A DNA stretch of 64,000 nucleotides from an uncultured Alphaproteobacteria bacterium (GTDB taxonomy: Bacteria; Pseudomonadota; Alphaproteobacteria; Rhizobiales; Rhodomicrobiaceae), in assembly GCA_963772105.1 (NCBI GenBank), contig CAVYVV010000030.1:35660-99659 (forward strand), given 5' to 3'. Both the position numbers and the translations under genes were made by a program. The notes below the pieces were generated by a model, which was given only the letters and a program-made list of their open reading frames with translations, was not told the DNA's origin and ran no database searches. Shown here piece by piece: positions 43,501 through 55,317 of the stretch (position 1 is its first letter; each line of letters begins with the position of its first letter).

Positions 43501-44504
43501 GCTCCTCAAACGGCAATTGCAAGGTGTCCCTAAAGCTTGGGTACAAACGATCGAGTTTTGTCTTAAAATCTGGCCAACTGTCCGATAACTTCATTGCAAC
43601 AATTACGCCTTCTAATAGGCACTTCATTTCTGGTTTTCCTTCTTCCTTCGTCAGATATTGCGTCAGTTTCTGCGTAGGCTTGCCGCTTGCATTCCGCTTC
43701 ACACGCCGATGAAGTTCGTCTCGGACGCCAGGCGACAAACCGATCATAAATGTCATTCGTCCAATGGCCTATTACACCGGGACGCGCGTTATTCTCTGGA
43801 TTAAATTCCCAGCCGTTTAATCGGTAAATTTGCCGATAGAACTCAATGTCGAACATCGACGCCCACGATTGAGCGTCCTTCCTGACATAGCGTTCAATGA
43901 TGCGATCGAGCGCTCTGCGCTTCTTGATGTCAGCGAAGCCAGTGGCTTCATCAATCAAGTCCTCGATCGCATAGTTTGTGAGCGCCTTCAAAAAGGCGCG
44001 GCATGCCTCGCCGATATGAAGCTGATTTGGAAGCAAGGCTCCTGCGGACAAAGCATCTTGATATACCCAGCAGACGCTGGGCAAAAGACTGGCAGGGTAT
44101 CCATAACCGACTCCACCCGCGCCAGCGGTTGGATTCCGGGGAGGTAAATGATTGGAGTTGTCGATCGCTCTAACTCCTCGGAAATAAAGGGTTTTAAGTT
44201 CTTAGCCCTAAGAAAAGGAGCGGTTTGGTCGATCGCTGATCCGGTGCCACCTGGAGCAAACGGATGGCGGCCAATAGCTTTAGAGAAAGCCATTCTGCGT
44301 GAGCACTCTAGTGTTGTCTTCATTGTCAAGAACGGCGGCTGGCAACAACAAGTCGCCTATTTTTAAATCTCCCTCTGCGATCGCGCGCGGCAAGTCCCCT
44401 CTATGACGTGAAAGAGCGGCGCGACGTGCCATCGCAGACCGTTCCTGTTTGGTTAAGGATTTTGCTCTCGCCAGAGCGCCAGGAATTTTCGTCTTGTCGA
44501 TCAT
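43478..44504 (-). CDS. P63C-domain protein, in 4 frameshifted pieces
   Basis: GDLKIG...AAVL...RVL, LIDEATG, FYRQIYRLNGW, RPGVIGHWTNDIY, KLTQYLT. Confidence 0.7.
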
Positions 44505-44529
44505 GCAAATCACCTGCTTGCAAATTACA

Positions 44530-44551
44530 CCTGCAAGCATATGCTTGCAGG
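44530..44551. promoter_or_regulatory. Perfect 22-bp palindrome between the divergent P63C and transposase genes
   Basis: cctgcaagcatatgcttgcagg plus flanking tgcttgca/tgcaagca copies. Confidence 0.55.
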
Positions 44552-44626
44552 ACTGATTTTGCAAGCACTGCAGAACCCATGAAAAGCATACTTGACGCTA
44601 AGCATAAAAGTTCATATAAAGAGGGC

Positions 44627-45506
44627 ATGAACAAGCTGCCCAACGAGAAACGCGTCCAAATCCTTTCCATGCTGGTGGAAGGCTCCTCGATGCGGTCGAT
44701 TTCTCGCGTGGTCGGCGTTTCCATCAATACGGTGGCGAAGCTTCTTGCAGAAGCGGGCGAAGCCTGTCTCGACTATCACGACGAGAACGTGAAGGGCCTG
44801 CATTGCACGCGCGTCCAATGCGACGAAATTTGGAGCTTCATTTACGCTAAGGAAAAGAACGCAGCGGCGGCAAAGAAGGCTCCGACATTCGCGGGCGACG
44901 TTTGGACGATGGACCTCGATTTGTGCGGATAGCAAGCTCATCTGCAATTGGTTCGTTGGCGGGCGCGATGCCGACTACGCAAAGATGTTCATGGACGATT
45001 TGGCCGACCGCCTCAGCAGCCGCGTTCAACTCACGACTGACGGGCACAAGGCTTATCTCAGCGCGATCGAGGGCGCTTTCGGCAATGAGATTGATTACGC
45101 CCATCTCGTCAAGCTCTATGGCGCGGCTCCTGAAAGCGCCAAGGGCCGCTACAGTCCCGCAGAATGCACAGGGATCAAGAAGACGCCGAAAATCGGCAGC
45201 CCGAAGAATGAAGACATCTCAACGAGCTACGTCGAGCGCCAGAACCTCACGATGCGAATGAGCATGCGCCGGTTCACCCGCCTGACGAACGCCTTTTCAA
45301 AAAAGTACGAAAGCCATTGTCACGCGTTGGCGCTCTATTTCGTCTATTACAATTTCGTCCGCATCCATAAGACGCTGAAGGTCTCTCCGGCAATGGCCGC
45401 AGGTTTGACTGACAAGCTCTGGGGTTGGGAAGATGTGATCGCCCTTATCGATGCGAAGCAGGAGGCCCCGAAGAAGCGCGGACCATACAAAAAGAAGGTC
45501 GCCTAG
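44627..45506 (+). CDS. IS1-family DDE transposase (one extra base near 44909)
   Basis: N-terminal HTH ([10 protein letters not shown]), [28 protein letters not shown]...[12 protein letters not shown]. Confidence 0.88.
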
Positions 45507-45595
45507 CCAAAGGCCCTATTTACCTTTTGTATTGACAATGCATATACAATCATGGACCAATTAGGATTGGCCATTGAAGGAGAAGGAAGGACACC

Positions 45596-45902
45596 ATGCC
45601 AGCCGCCGCCGTAAAGCGTTTGGCTAAAATGGAGAGCGGAGAGAAAACATCTATCAATCTGCGTGTATCAAAAAAGGAGCGGATGCTAATTGATACCGCC
45701 GCCGCCGTTGTTGGTAAGTCGCGTACCGAGTTCATGCTTGAGAGTGCGCGTCAACACGCGATTGATGTGCTGCTTGATCAACAGCTATTTGTTCTGGATG
45801 CCGAGCAGTATGCGGCGTTTGAGCGTGCTCTCGCAAATCCACCGCCGCCTGAACGCTAAGTTAAGGCAATTGCTTGCGAGCAAATCCCCATGGGAGAAGT
45901 AA
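45596..45902 (+). CDS. DUF1778 (TacA/AtaR-like) RHH antitoxin, frameshift near 45850
   Basis: INLRVS...IDTAAA..GKSRTEFML, F..AL.NPP..N.KLRQLL. Confidence 0.85.
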
Positions 45903-46414
45903 CAGAACTTGCGCAATGGCTCGGGGACGAGCTTACGCCCCCGAGCCCATTGAAAGCAAACCATGATCTGAAGGCGTTTTCATGCGGCAAGCCTCCGCTT
46001 GATGACTGGCTGCGCCAGCGCGCCATCAAAGCAGAAGGCAAAACAGCGCGTACTTATGTGGTGTGCAAATCCAATATCGTCGTTGGCTATTACGCGCTCG
46101 TGACCGGAGCGGTTAAGCGGGATCAATTACCCAAGAAAATAACGAGAAATACGCCTGAGCAAATCCCCGTACTATCTCTTGCTCGCCTTGCCGTGGATGC
46201 AAGGGTGAAAGGAGGGGGGATCGGGTGCGGCTTGCTTAAGGATGCATTGGGCAGAACAATCCAGGTTTCTTCTATCGTTGGCGTACGGGCGATCCTTGTG
46301 CATGCAAAGGATGAAGAAGTTATGGGCTTTTACACCCATTATGGATTTGCCGAGTTTCCAGTTGGAACGCAGACGCTCTTCCTTCCCATAGAGACCATCA
46401 TATCGGCCCTATAA
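45890..46414 (+). CDS. GNAT toxin (TacT/AtaT-like tRNA acetyltransferase)
   Basis: FSCG.PPLDDWL, LARLAVD...GGGIG, LVHAKDE...FY.HYGF. Confidence 0.85.
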   Translation: MGEVTELAQWLGDELTPPSPLKANHDLKAFSCGKPPLDDWLRQRAIKAEGKTARTYVVCKSNIVVGYYALVTGAVKRDQLPKKITRNTPEQIPVLSLARLAVDARVKGGGIGCGLLKDALGRTIQVSSIVGVRAILVHAKDEEVMGFYTHYGFAEFPVGTQTLFLPIETIISAL

Positions 46415-46484
46415 ACCTCATTTCGGTAAGCGTAAAAGGCGTCTCCTTTCGGAAGACTCCTCATGAAGCCGAGGATGGTGCTCG

Positions 46485-46810
46485 TTAAGCCGTGCGCGTT
46501 ATCACCTTTTTCTTCAACCGATACCGTAGCCAGTCAGCGGTAAACAGGATCGCTTGCGCAGGCGCGTACATGATCAAAAACCGCACGGCCTCCGATGGAA
46601 TCAAACGCCAGCCGCGCTTGCCAATCCCCAGAAGTCAGGGTTCGATGGGGGCAAAATAACCAGCAATCACCACGAGTGATAAAAAAGCGTTATCACGTGC
46701 GCGGTAAGCAAGCGCCATACTCCGCCCTTCCACCAGATCATAAACAGGAGCATCAAACGGCTGATCAGGTATAGCGGAATAAGGGTCGTCAACATGGTTA
46801 GGTATGGCAT
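46485..46810 (-). pseudogene. Small membrane protein inside the IS, frameshifted
   Basis: GGAGG RBS, MPYLTMLTTLIPLYLISRLMLL...; C-terminus MYAPAQAILFTADWLRYRLKKK in another frame. Confidence 0.4.
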
Positions 46811-47558
46811 GCAGGCACCTCCATTATGTCTTTTAACCTTTTACTTTCGGAGGGCAGTTACAACCAGGAGCGAATCCGTCAATCCCCACCAAATTTCAAA
46901 CTGAGACACTACCCAACGTTCTATCCGCCCATTAACCTTCAATGCTATCGATCTCTATGCTTAGGTTGCTTTTCAATTTCATTTTTCTGCCTCTTTTGAA
47001 AAACGAGTTGGTGATCCCGAAAGCTTGGTCTGGCTTATCCATTTGATTTCATGGCGAGCAGCGAAGCTGGACGGTTACGCCGTTGTCAAGGCCGAAGCCG
47101 CCGCAGGCGGAGCCAAAGGCCCGCCTTTACAAGGGCTTAGCATCCAGCCACAATTGGCCGCCAAAATCAATTGGGCAAACAAATTTGCACCTCGGTCTGA
47201 AATAAACGTGGATTATCTTGATCTTTTCCGTCATTTAGAATGTAGGGAGGCGTGCCAAACCATCTGCCAAGCCTCCGCCAGACATTGGCTAGGATTTAGA
47301 TAAACAAAAAAGCATTTTTGCGGCACCGCAAGGCTGCCTTCCGATCTGGCCGCTCGGCCCTTGGACGGGACATACTGGCCGAACAGTCGCAACAACCGCT
47401 CCCGGCCTAGAGGGTAAAATTCAACAGGAGGCCGTTGCTGGGAGGAGCCCTCCAGGTCCAAATGTTGGCGAGGCCACGAAGCCTCGCTCTGCGTCACTTG
47501 AGAATCCATCGGAAAACCGCCAAGGTGCGGCAGGCACTAACCGAGATCGAGACCCGGC

Positions 47559-48018
47559 ATGATGATCCGCTTGCCCATGCGTATCGTTGCAGCCTATTGG
47601 CGCTTGACTCGCGGCGCGACGCTTGGCGCGCAGGGCGTTGTTTTCGACAAGGAGGGCCGGGTTTTGCTCGTCCGCCACGGCTATCGGCCGGGATGGCATT
47701 TTCCTGGCGGCGGCATCGAGTGGGGCGAGCCGGCGGAGACGGCGGTTGCCCGCGAATTGGAGGAAGAGGCGGGCGTCATCGTCAAGGGCCGGCCCAAAGC
47801 TGCATGGCCTGTTTGCGAATTTCGGGGCTCTGCCAAGCGACCACGTCGCCCTTTTTGTCGTGCCGGAATGGGAGCGGCCCCGTATCCCGGAACCGAACCA
47901 CGAGATCGCGGAAAGCCGGTTCTTCGCCCGGCAGGAGATTCCGGCTGACGCAGCCCGCGGCACGGAGCGTCGTCTCGCCGAGATCCTCGACGGCGCACCC
48001 ATCGAGCCGTACTGGTAG
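47559..48018 (+). CDS. NUDIX hydrolase, frameshifted
   Basis: PGGGIEWGE...ARELEEEAG Nudix box. Confidence 0.85.
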
Positions 48019-48024
48019 GCGGGG

Positions 48025-51000
48025 CTACTCGGCGGCCCTGGGGTACGTCCGAATGACGGACTTTGCTTCTTCCTTGCTTTCCTCCCGGTGACCGGAAAGC
48101 CAGCTCTGAAGCTTGTCGAGATAGATGTAGATCACGGGCGTCGTGTAGAGCGTCAGCACCTGGCTCAGCGCGAGGCCGCCCACCATGGCGTAGCCGAGCG
48201 GCTGGCGAAGCTCCGATCCCGTACCCGAGCCGAGCATCAGCGGCAAGCCGCCGAGCAGCGCCGCCATCGTCGTCATGAGGATCGGCCGGAACCGCAGGAG
48301 CGCCGCTTCCTTGATCGAGACTTCGGGCGACAGGCCCCGCTCGCGCTCCGCCGCGATGGCGAAGTCCACCATCATGATGCCGTTCTTCTTCACGATGCCG
48401 ATCAGAAGGATGATGCCGATGATGCCGATCACCGACAGATCGAAGCCGAACACCATCAGCATCAGGAGAGCGCCCACGCCCGCAGACGGAAGCGTCGAAA
48501 GAATGGTGAGCGGGTGGATGAAACTCTCATACAGCATGCCGAGGATGATGTAGATCACGACAAGCGCCGCTATGATGAGAAGCGGCGTCGACGCCAGCGA
48601 GCTTTGGAACGCCTGCGCGTTGCCCTGGAAGCTGCCGACGAGCGCGTTCGGCACGCCGATCTCCGCCATCGCCTTGTCGATTGCGGTGACCGCCTCGCCG
48701 AGCGACACCCCCGGCTGCAGATTGAAGAAGATCGTCGCCGCCGGGAACTGGCTCTGGTGGTTGATCGAAAGGAAGCCCGTCTTCTTCGTGTCGAAGGTCA
48801 CGAGCGTCGACAGCGGCATCATCTGGCCGGTGACCGGAGAGCGGACGTAAATCCGGTTGAGCACGTTCGTATCGCCCTGAAGCTCCGGCGGAATTTCGAG
48901 CACCACGTTATATGTGGAAAGCTGGGTGTAGTATTGCACCACCTGCCGCTGCCCGAGCGCGTCGTTCAGCGTGTCGTCGATCATTTGCGGCGTGATGCCG
49001 TAGCGTGAGGCGCGGTCGCGGTTGATGTTGACGCTGAGCTGCGGCGCGTTCACGAGAAGATCGGTCGAAAGATCCGCCAAGATTGGAATGGTCTTCAGCT
49101 TGGCGAGAGCCTTGGGCGTCCACTCGTTCAACTCCTCCAGGCTCGCATCCTGCAGCGTGAACTGATAGAGCGCGCGGCTGAGCCTGGCCCCCACGGTGAT
49201 ATCCTGCGCGGGCGACATGAAAGCGGCTGCGCCAGGCACCTTCGCGAGCTGGGGGCGGAGCCTGTTCATGACGCCCAAGACATCGCTCATGCGCTCATTA
49301 TGCGGCTTCAGCGTGATGAAGAGACGCCCGGAGTTTTGCGTGTTCCCGGGCGACGCGCCGAGCGCGGAGCCAACGTTATCGACGTCCGGGTCCTTGGCGA
49401 CAATATCGGCGAGCGCCTGCTGGCGGCGGATCATCTCTTCATAGGAGACGTCCTGCGGGGCGTCGGTCACCGCGTACAGGATTCCGGTGTCCTGAACCGG
49501 AAAGAATCCCTTGGGGATCGTGATAAAGAGGTAGACCGTGAGCCCGAGCGTGCAGAAGAACACCATCAGCGTGATGAAGCGATAGCGCAGAGCGATGCTG
49601 AGTGTCCGCTCATATCCCGCGGGAGGCCATCGAAGAACCGGCCGATCTTGCGGCTGAGCCAGCCCGGCTTCTGCTCCCCGGCCGCCAGGAACCGCGAGCA
49701 CAGCATGGGCGTGAGCGTCAGAGAGACAATCACCGAAACGGCAATCGTCACCGTGACGGTGAGCGCAAATTCGCGCATGAGCCGCCCGATGATGCCGCCC
49801 ATCAAAAGCAGCGGAATGAACACGGCGACGAGCGAAAGGCTGATCGAAAAGACCGTGAACCCGATCTCGCCCGCGCCTTTCAGCGCGGCTTTGAAGGCTT
49901 CTCGCCTTTCTCGACGTACCGGTAGATGTTCTCGACGACGACAATGGCGTCGTCCACCACGAAGCCGACGGCGATCGTGAGCGCCATCAGCGACAGGTTG
50001 TCGAGGCTGAAGCCGGCCACATACATGACGGCGAAGGTGCCCAGCAGCGAGATCGGCACCACCGCGCTCGGGATCAGGGTAGCCCGCAGGTTCCGCAGGA
50101 AGATAAGGATCACGAGCACGACAAGCGCAATCGTCAGGCAGAGCGTGAACTCGACATCGAAGACCGAGGCGCGGATCGTCACCGTGCGGTCGCTGATCAC
50201 GTCAACCTTCACGCCCGACGGGATGACAGTCGCAAGCTTCGGCAGCGTCTTCTTGATGTTGTCGACCGTCTCGATCACATTCGCGCCGGGCTGCTTGAAG
50301 ACGACCAGCAGCACGCAAGGTTTGCCCGTGGACCATGCGCCGAGCTGCGTATTCTCAGGCCCGGCGATCGCGTGGCCCACATCGGAAACGCGGATTGGCG
50401 CGCCCTGCTTGTAGGTGAGGATGATGTTGTCATAATCCCGGCTTCATGATCTGGTCGTTGGCGGCAACCGTGAAGCTTTGCTTCGCCCCGTTCAGCGTAC
50501 CCTTGGCGGCGTCGGCTGTGATGTTCCCGAGGACGGCGCGCACATCTTCGAGCGTGATATTGCGGGTGGCCAGCTTCTCAGGATCGATCTGAACTCGAAT
50601 GGCGGGCTTCTGCTGGCCGCCGATGAGCACATAAGCGACGCCCTGGATCTGCGAAATCTGCTGCGCGAGGATGTTCTCCGAGTAGTCGTCCGCTTCGGTC
50701 AGCGGCACGGTGTCGGAGGTCACCGCGAGGATGAGAATCGGGGGGTCGGCCGGATTGAACTTCCGGTAGCTGGGCGGCGAGCTGAGCGTTGTCGGCAACC
50801 GTCGCCCCGCCGCGGTGATCGCCGCCTGAACGTCCTGCGCCGCCGCGTCGATGTTCCTGTTCAGTTCGAACTGGATATTGACCTGGGTATTGCCGAGCGT
50901 GCTTGTCGAGGTGAGCTGCGTCACGCCCGAGATCTGCCCGAATTGCTGTTCTAGAGGGTTGGCAACCGACGACGCCATGGTCTCGGCGCTCGCGCCCGGA

Positions 51001-51152
51001 AGCTGCGCAGAGACCTGAATGGTCGGGAAGTCCACCTGGGGAAGCGGCGCGACCGGCAAATAGAAATAAGCCGCGATGCCGGCGAAGGTGAAGGCAGCCA
51101 TCAAAAGCGTCGTCGCGATCGGGCGGGTAATGAAGGGTGCGGAAATATTCAT
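48025..51152 (-). CDS. MdtB/C-type RND permease, frameshifted
   Basis: [46 protein letters not shown]. Confidence 0.88.
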
Positions 51153-52306
51153 ATCCGGCCCGGTGCCTCGTTGGCCGCGACCGGCGGCGTGTTCATCTCG
51201 ACGCGCGCGTTGGGCTGCAACCGGTACTGGTTCGAGACGATCACCGGATCGCCTTCCTTCAGTCCGTTTTGAACGACGGTCACGCCTTCATAAGCGGGCC
51301 CGGTTTCGACCGCCGCCATGGCCGCGCGCATTTCGGGCGTCGCGATCCACACGAAGAGGCCGTTCGGCCCTCGTTGCAGCGCCGCGGTCGGCACCGTGAC
51401 GGCGCTCTTCTTCACGCCGACTTGCACCTGCACGGGCGTGTACTGGCCCGGCCAGAGCGCGTCGTCCTGGTTGTCGAAGACCGCCTTTAGCCGGATCATC
51501 CCTGTGGTCTGATCGACCTGGTTATCGATGACCTGCAGCTTCCCCTTGGCGATCGGCTTCCTGCCGTCCTGATCCATGGCGATCACAGGCACCTCCCCTG
51601 CTCTCTGAGCATCGCGAATGGCCGGGAGCTGCGCTTCAGGGAGAGTGAAGACAAGCCCGATGGGATGTTGCTGTGTCAGGGTCGCGATGAATGCCGATGT
51701 GTCGTTCGCCTTCACGATGTTTCCGGGATCGACGGCGCGCAAGCCGACGCGGCCGGAAAAGGGCGCGGTGATCGTCGTATAGCTGAGGTTCGTCTCGGCC
51801 GTGCGGATGAAGGCTTGGTCCGCCTCGATCAACGCGCGGTCGACGCCCACTTTCGCGGTCAGCTGATCGACCGATTGTTGCGACGCAAATCTTTGCTGCG
51901 AAAGCTGCCGGCTGCGTTCGAGATCCTTCTCATCGCTCAAGAGCTGCGCCTGATCCTGGGCGAGCTTCGCCTTCGACTGGTCGAGCGCGGCCTGATAGAG
52001 GCGCGGATCGATGATCGCGAGAACGCTGCCCTCTTTGACCTGCTGCCCCTCTTCGAAGTTCACCTTGTCGAGCGTGCCATCCACCCGCGAGCGTATCTGC
52101 ACGGTGTTGAGCGCCTGCACCGTTCCGATCCCCGAAAGGAGGACCGGAATATCCCGCGCCATTGCGGGCGCGGCCGAGACGGTGACCGCGGGAGGCGCGG
52201 ATGCGGCGCGGGGCTGCGGCGCAGGGGTCGAATACCGGAGGTAACCGGAGACCGCCGCCAAGGCTATCAGCCCCATGAAGAGGATTCGAAGCATCCGCAA
52301 CTCCAT
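51149..52306 (-). CDS. MdtA-type RND adaptor
   Basis: IRSRVDG, YTTITAPFSGRVG, IDNQVDQTTG, LWPGQ. Confidence 0.88.
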   Translation of the reverse strand: MELRMLRILFMGLIALAAVSGYLRYSTPAPQPRAASAPPAVTVSAAPAMARDIPVLLSGIGTVQALNTVQIRSRVDGTLDKVNFEEGQQVKEGSVLAIIDPRLYQAALDQSKAKLAQDQAQLLSDEKDLERSRQLSQQRFASQQSVDQLTAKVGVDRALIEADQAFIRTAETNLSYTTITAPFSGRVGLRAVDPGNIVKANDTSAFIATLTQQHPIGLVFTLPEAQLPAIRDAQRAGEVPVIAMDQDGRKPIAKGKLQVIDNQVDQTTGMIRLKAVFDNQDDALWPGQYTPVQVQVGVKKSAVTVPTAALQRGPNGLFVWIATPEMRAAMAAVETGPAYEGVTVVQNGLKEGDPVIVSNQYRLQPNARVEMNTPPVAANEAPGRI

Positions 52307-52478
52307 ATGAAGATCGCCCGCTCGAAGGCGAGGATAGACTGTCAAAGCAAACTTTCTGGCAACCTGCTCGAATGCATAAAACTGTGGCATAAGCCTCGCG
52401 GAACTCAAAAATAGCCCCCGCCCGGCTGCGTTTCCCAAGCGCGAGAGACTCTCCACATTCGAAGCGAGGCCGTAAACG

Positions 52479-52590
52479 CTAGATCAACCCGCCTTTAATC
52501 GGAATCGATTAAAGGCGGAAAAGTTGATCAATTCTAAAGTGTTAGAGCAACTTGTCTGCGTCTCAATGGACGCGGATAAGCTGCTCCAAG
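52479..52590 (+). repeat. Family-2 repeat (complete copy)
   Basis: ctagatcaacccgcctttaatcggaatcgattaaaggcgg...caatggacgcggataagctgctc. Confidence 0.8.
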
Positions 52591-52713
52591 GTTTCATGCC
52601 CGCACGAAAGGGAGTATGGGGGGAAATCGCCCGGGCGAGAAGGTGTGCAGGGCCGGCTGAGACATTGTTATACAAAAATCCTGTAGACTAAATCGCAGGG
52701 GGAAACGATCGCA

Positions 52714-53259
52714 ATGCTAAGAGCACTCTTCGCGGACGCCGTGTTCTGCGCCGCGCTCTTCGTCGAATCCCTGGCGGTGCTATCCATCCTTCACGCCGTT
52801 GCGGGCGTGGACCTTCGCGAGGAATTCACCCCGATCCTGAATTCTTATCATGCGAAGACAGCGCCTCTTGCAGCGATTGGCGGCGGCCTTTTCGCAGGCA
52901 AGCCATCCGCATGGTTTGCGGATGGCGTCCTGATCGCAGGGGTGCTTTTTTTCCTGTTCTTCATTGCACAGGCGCGGAACGCGATGGCTCCCTATGACGA
53001 TCCGGAGGCAACCCCCATCGCCGAAGCAAAAGGGGTTGAAGCGGCCATCGACTATCTTCTCCCCGCCATTGTGTGCGCGATCGGTGCGGTAGTGAGCGCA
53101 CCTGCGCTTCTGCCCTTTCTGACCTTGCCGGTCGCGCTCTGGCTTCTCCTCAAGAGGCTTTTTGGAAAGCCCTCCTGGTTCAAAGTCTCGCCGAGCTATT
53201 ACGTGAACATCGTTTTGCTGGCCGCTGTCGCGGCAGCGATTTTCGCGCTCGCTCGATAG
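52714..53259 (+). CDS. Hypothetical membrane protein
   Basis: GGGGG RBS, 4 hydrophobic segments. Confidence 0.6.
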   Translation: MLRALFADAVFCAALFVESLAVLSILHAVAGVDLREEFTPILNSYHAKTAPLAAIGGGLFAGKPSAWFADGVLIAGVLFFLFFIAQARNAMAPYDDPEATPIAEAKGVEAAIDYLLPAIVCAIGAVVSAPALLPFLTLPVALWLLLKRLFGKPSWFKVSPSYYVNIVLLAAVAAAIFALAR

Positions 53260-53445
53260 ATCAACCCGCCTTTAATCGAAGTCCATCAAAGGCGGGGAAA
53301 GCTGCTCGCTCCCGGAGTGCGCTCGGAAAAGTGCGAAGCGGTTTTCCGATTAAGACGCACGATAAGACGAAAAACCTACAGCCTTTGATTTCATCAAAAG
53401 CGGCAGGCTCAAGCTTAGCTTATCCGCGTCCCAATGGACGCGGGC
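53257..53445 (+). repeat. Family-2 repeat with a nested family-1 copy (~53313-53413)
   Basis: Left family-2 arm, family-1 core, then right family-2 arm (cttatccgcgtcccaatggacgcgg). Confidence 0.7.
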
Positions 53446-53457
53446 TTCGCACAATCG

Positions 53458-55314
53458 TCAGTAAACGCGCGCCTTCGGCTTGATGTACTGGACATCGTTC
53501 GTCAGCGTTCGCATGTGAACAGGCCTATAGTCCAGCTTCACCGTCCGTTTCTCGCAATCCGCGTAGGAAAGCGTATGCTTCATCCAGGTCGCATCGTCGC
53601 GATTGGGGAAGTCTTCGCGGGCATGAGCGCCGCGGCTCTCCTGCCGGGCAAGCGCGCCCGTGATCGAGACCGCCGCCTGCGCGATCAGATTATTGAACTC
53701 CAGCGTTTCGACGAGATCGGTGTTCCAGATCAAGGAACGGTCCGTGACCTCGATGTCGTCAACGCCATTCCAGACGTCCTGAATGAGCTTGACGCCCTCG
53801 GATAGAACCTCGGCATTGCGGAACACGGAGCAATTGCCCTGCATGATGCGCTGCATCCTGCCGCGCAGTTCTGCCGTAGGCGTCCCTCCCTTCGCAAAAC
53901 GGAAATTGTCGAGACGGGCGATCGCTTCGTCGCCCGCGTCTTGCGGTAACTCGGCGTGCAATTGGCCTCGCTCGACGGTTTCGGAACATCGCAGAGCCGC
54001 CGCACGCCCGAAGACCACAAGATCGATCAGAGAGTTCGAGCCGAGCCGGTTGGCCCCATGCACGCTCGCGCACGCTGTCTCGCCGATGGCCAGGAGGCCG
54101 GAAATCGTGGCGTCGGGATCGCCGCCATGAGGGGCGATCGCTTCCCCGTAATGGTTCGTCGGGATGCCGCCCATATTGTAATGCGCTGTCGGTATGACCG
54201 GGATCGGCTGACGCCGGAGATCGACGCCCGCGAAAATCTTCGCGCTTTCCGTGATGCCGGGCAAGCGCTCGGCGAGCATTTTCGGGTCCAGATGGTCCAG
54301 ATGAAGATAGATGTGATCCTTCTTCGGCCCGACGCCCCGGCCCTCTCGAATTTCGATTGTCATGGCGCGCGAGACCACATCGCGGCTCGCGAGGTCCTTG
54401 GCGGTTGGGGCGTACCGCTCCATGAAGCGCTCGCCTTCGGAGTTGGTGAGGTATCCGCCTTCGCCGCGTGCGCCCTCCGTGATCAGCACGCCGGCGCCGT
54501 AAACGCCCGTCGGGTGGAACTGAATGAATTCCATGTCCTGGAGCGGCAGGCCGGCGCGGATCACCATGGCGTTGCCATCGCCGGTGCAGGTGTGAGCGCT
54601 CGTGCAGGAGAAGTACGTCCGGCCATACCCGCCGGTGGCGATGATCGTCTTCTTGGCTTTGATCCGGTGAATGCTGCCATCCTCGAGGCACCAGGTCATG
54701 ACGCCGCGGCAGATGCCGTCGTCCATGATCAAGTCGAGGGCGAAGTGTTCGATGAAGAACTCCGCCGAATGCCGCAGCGACTGCCCATAAAGCGTGTGCA
54801 GCATGGCGTGGCCGGTGCGGTCCGCGGCGGCGCAGGTGCGAAGCGCCGGAGGGCCCTCGCCGAAATCGGTGGTCATGCCGCCGAAGGGGCGCTGGTAGAT
54901 TTTGCCATTTTCGGTGCGGCTGAAGGGCATGCCGTAATGCTCAAGCTCGTACACGGCGGCGGGTGCGTTGCGGCACAAATACTCGATTGCGTCCTGATCG
55001 CCGAGCCAGTCGGACCCCTTCACCGTGTCGTACATATGCCAGCGCCAGTTGTCCCGGCCCATATTGCCGAGAGCGGCGGCGATGCCGCCCTGTGCAGCCA
55101 CCGTGTGCGAACGCGTTGGAAACACCTTCGTTACGCACGCCGTCTTCAGCCCGGCCTCGGCGCAGCCAAGGGTCGCACGGAGGCCGGCGCCGCCCGCCCC
55201 TATGACCACGACATCGAAGGTATGGTCTTCAACCGGATAGGCACGGCCGTTCACACGGGGCGCCCCGTCGTTCTTCCCGTTCAAGGCGCGGGTCACCTTT
55301 GTTGCGTCAGGCAT
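53458..55314 (-). CDS. sdhA: Succinate dehydrogenase flavoprotein
   Basis: [38 protein letters not shown]. Confidence 0.96.
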   Translation of the reverse strand: MPDATKVTRALNGKNDGAPRVNGRAYPVEDHTFDVVVIGAGGAGLRATLGCAEAGLKTACVTKVFPTRSHTVAAQGGIAAALGNMGRDNWRWHMYDTVKGSDWLGDQDAIEYLCRNAPAAVYELEHYGMPFSRTENGKIYQRPFGGMTTDFGEGPPALRTCAAADRTGHAMLHTLYGQSLRHSAEFFIEHFALDLIMDDGICRGVMTWCLEDGSIHRIKAKKTIIATGGYGRTYFSCTSAHTCTGDGNAMVIRAGLPLQDMEFIQFHPTGVYGAGVLITEGARGEGGYLTNSEGERFMERYAPTAKDLASRDVVSRAMTIEIREGRGVGPKKDHIYLHLDHLDPKMLAERLPGITESAKIFAGVDLRRQPIPVIPTAHYNMGGIPTNHYGEAIAPHGGDPDATISGLLAIGETACASVHGANRLGSNSLIDLVVFGRAAALRCSETVERGQLHAELPQDAGDEAIARLDNFRFAKGGTPTAELRGRMQRIMQGNCSVFRNAEVLSEGVKLIQDVWNGVDDIEVTDRSLIWNTDLVETLEFNNLIAQAAVSITGALARQESRGAHAREDFPNRDDATWMKHTLSYADCEKRTVKLDYRPVHMRTLTNDVQYIKPKARVY

Positions 55315-55317
55315 GAG

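Larger units (their letters stand above)
42842..46913 (+). mobile_element. IS1-family transposable element carrying passenger genes (4,072 bp)
   Basis: IRs GGTAGTGTCTCAGTT at both ends; 8-bp duplication caacgttc at 42834-42841 and 46914-46921. Confidence 0.9.

Noticed and set aside
44895-44935. Programmed insA-insB style frameshift in the IS1 transposase
   Set aside because: No slippery A6C-type site at the break; removing one base restores the expected VWTWT motif.
47000-47330. Retron msr-msd or other structured RNA
   Set aside because: No reverse transcriptase nearby and no convincing flanking inverted repeats.
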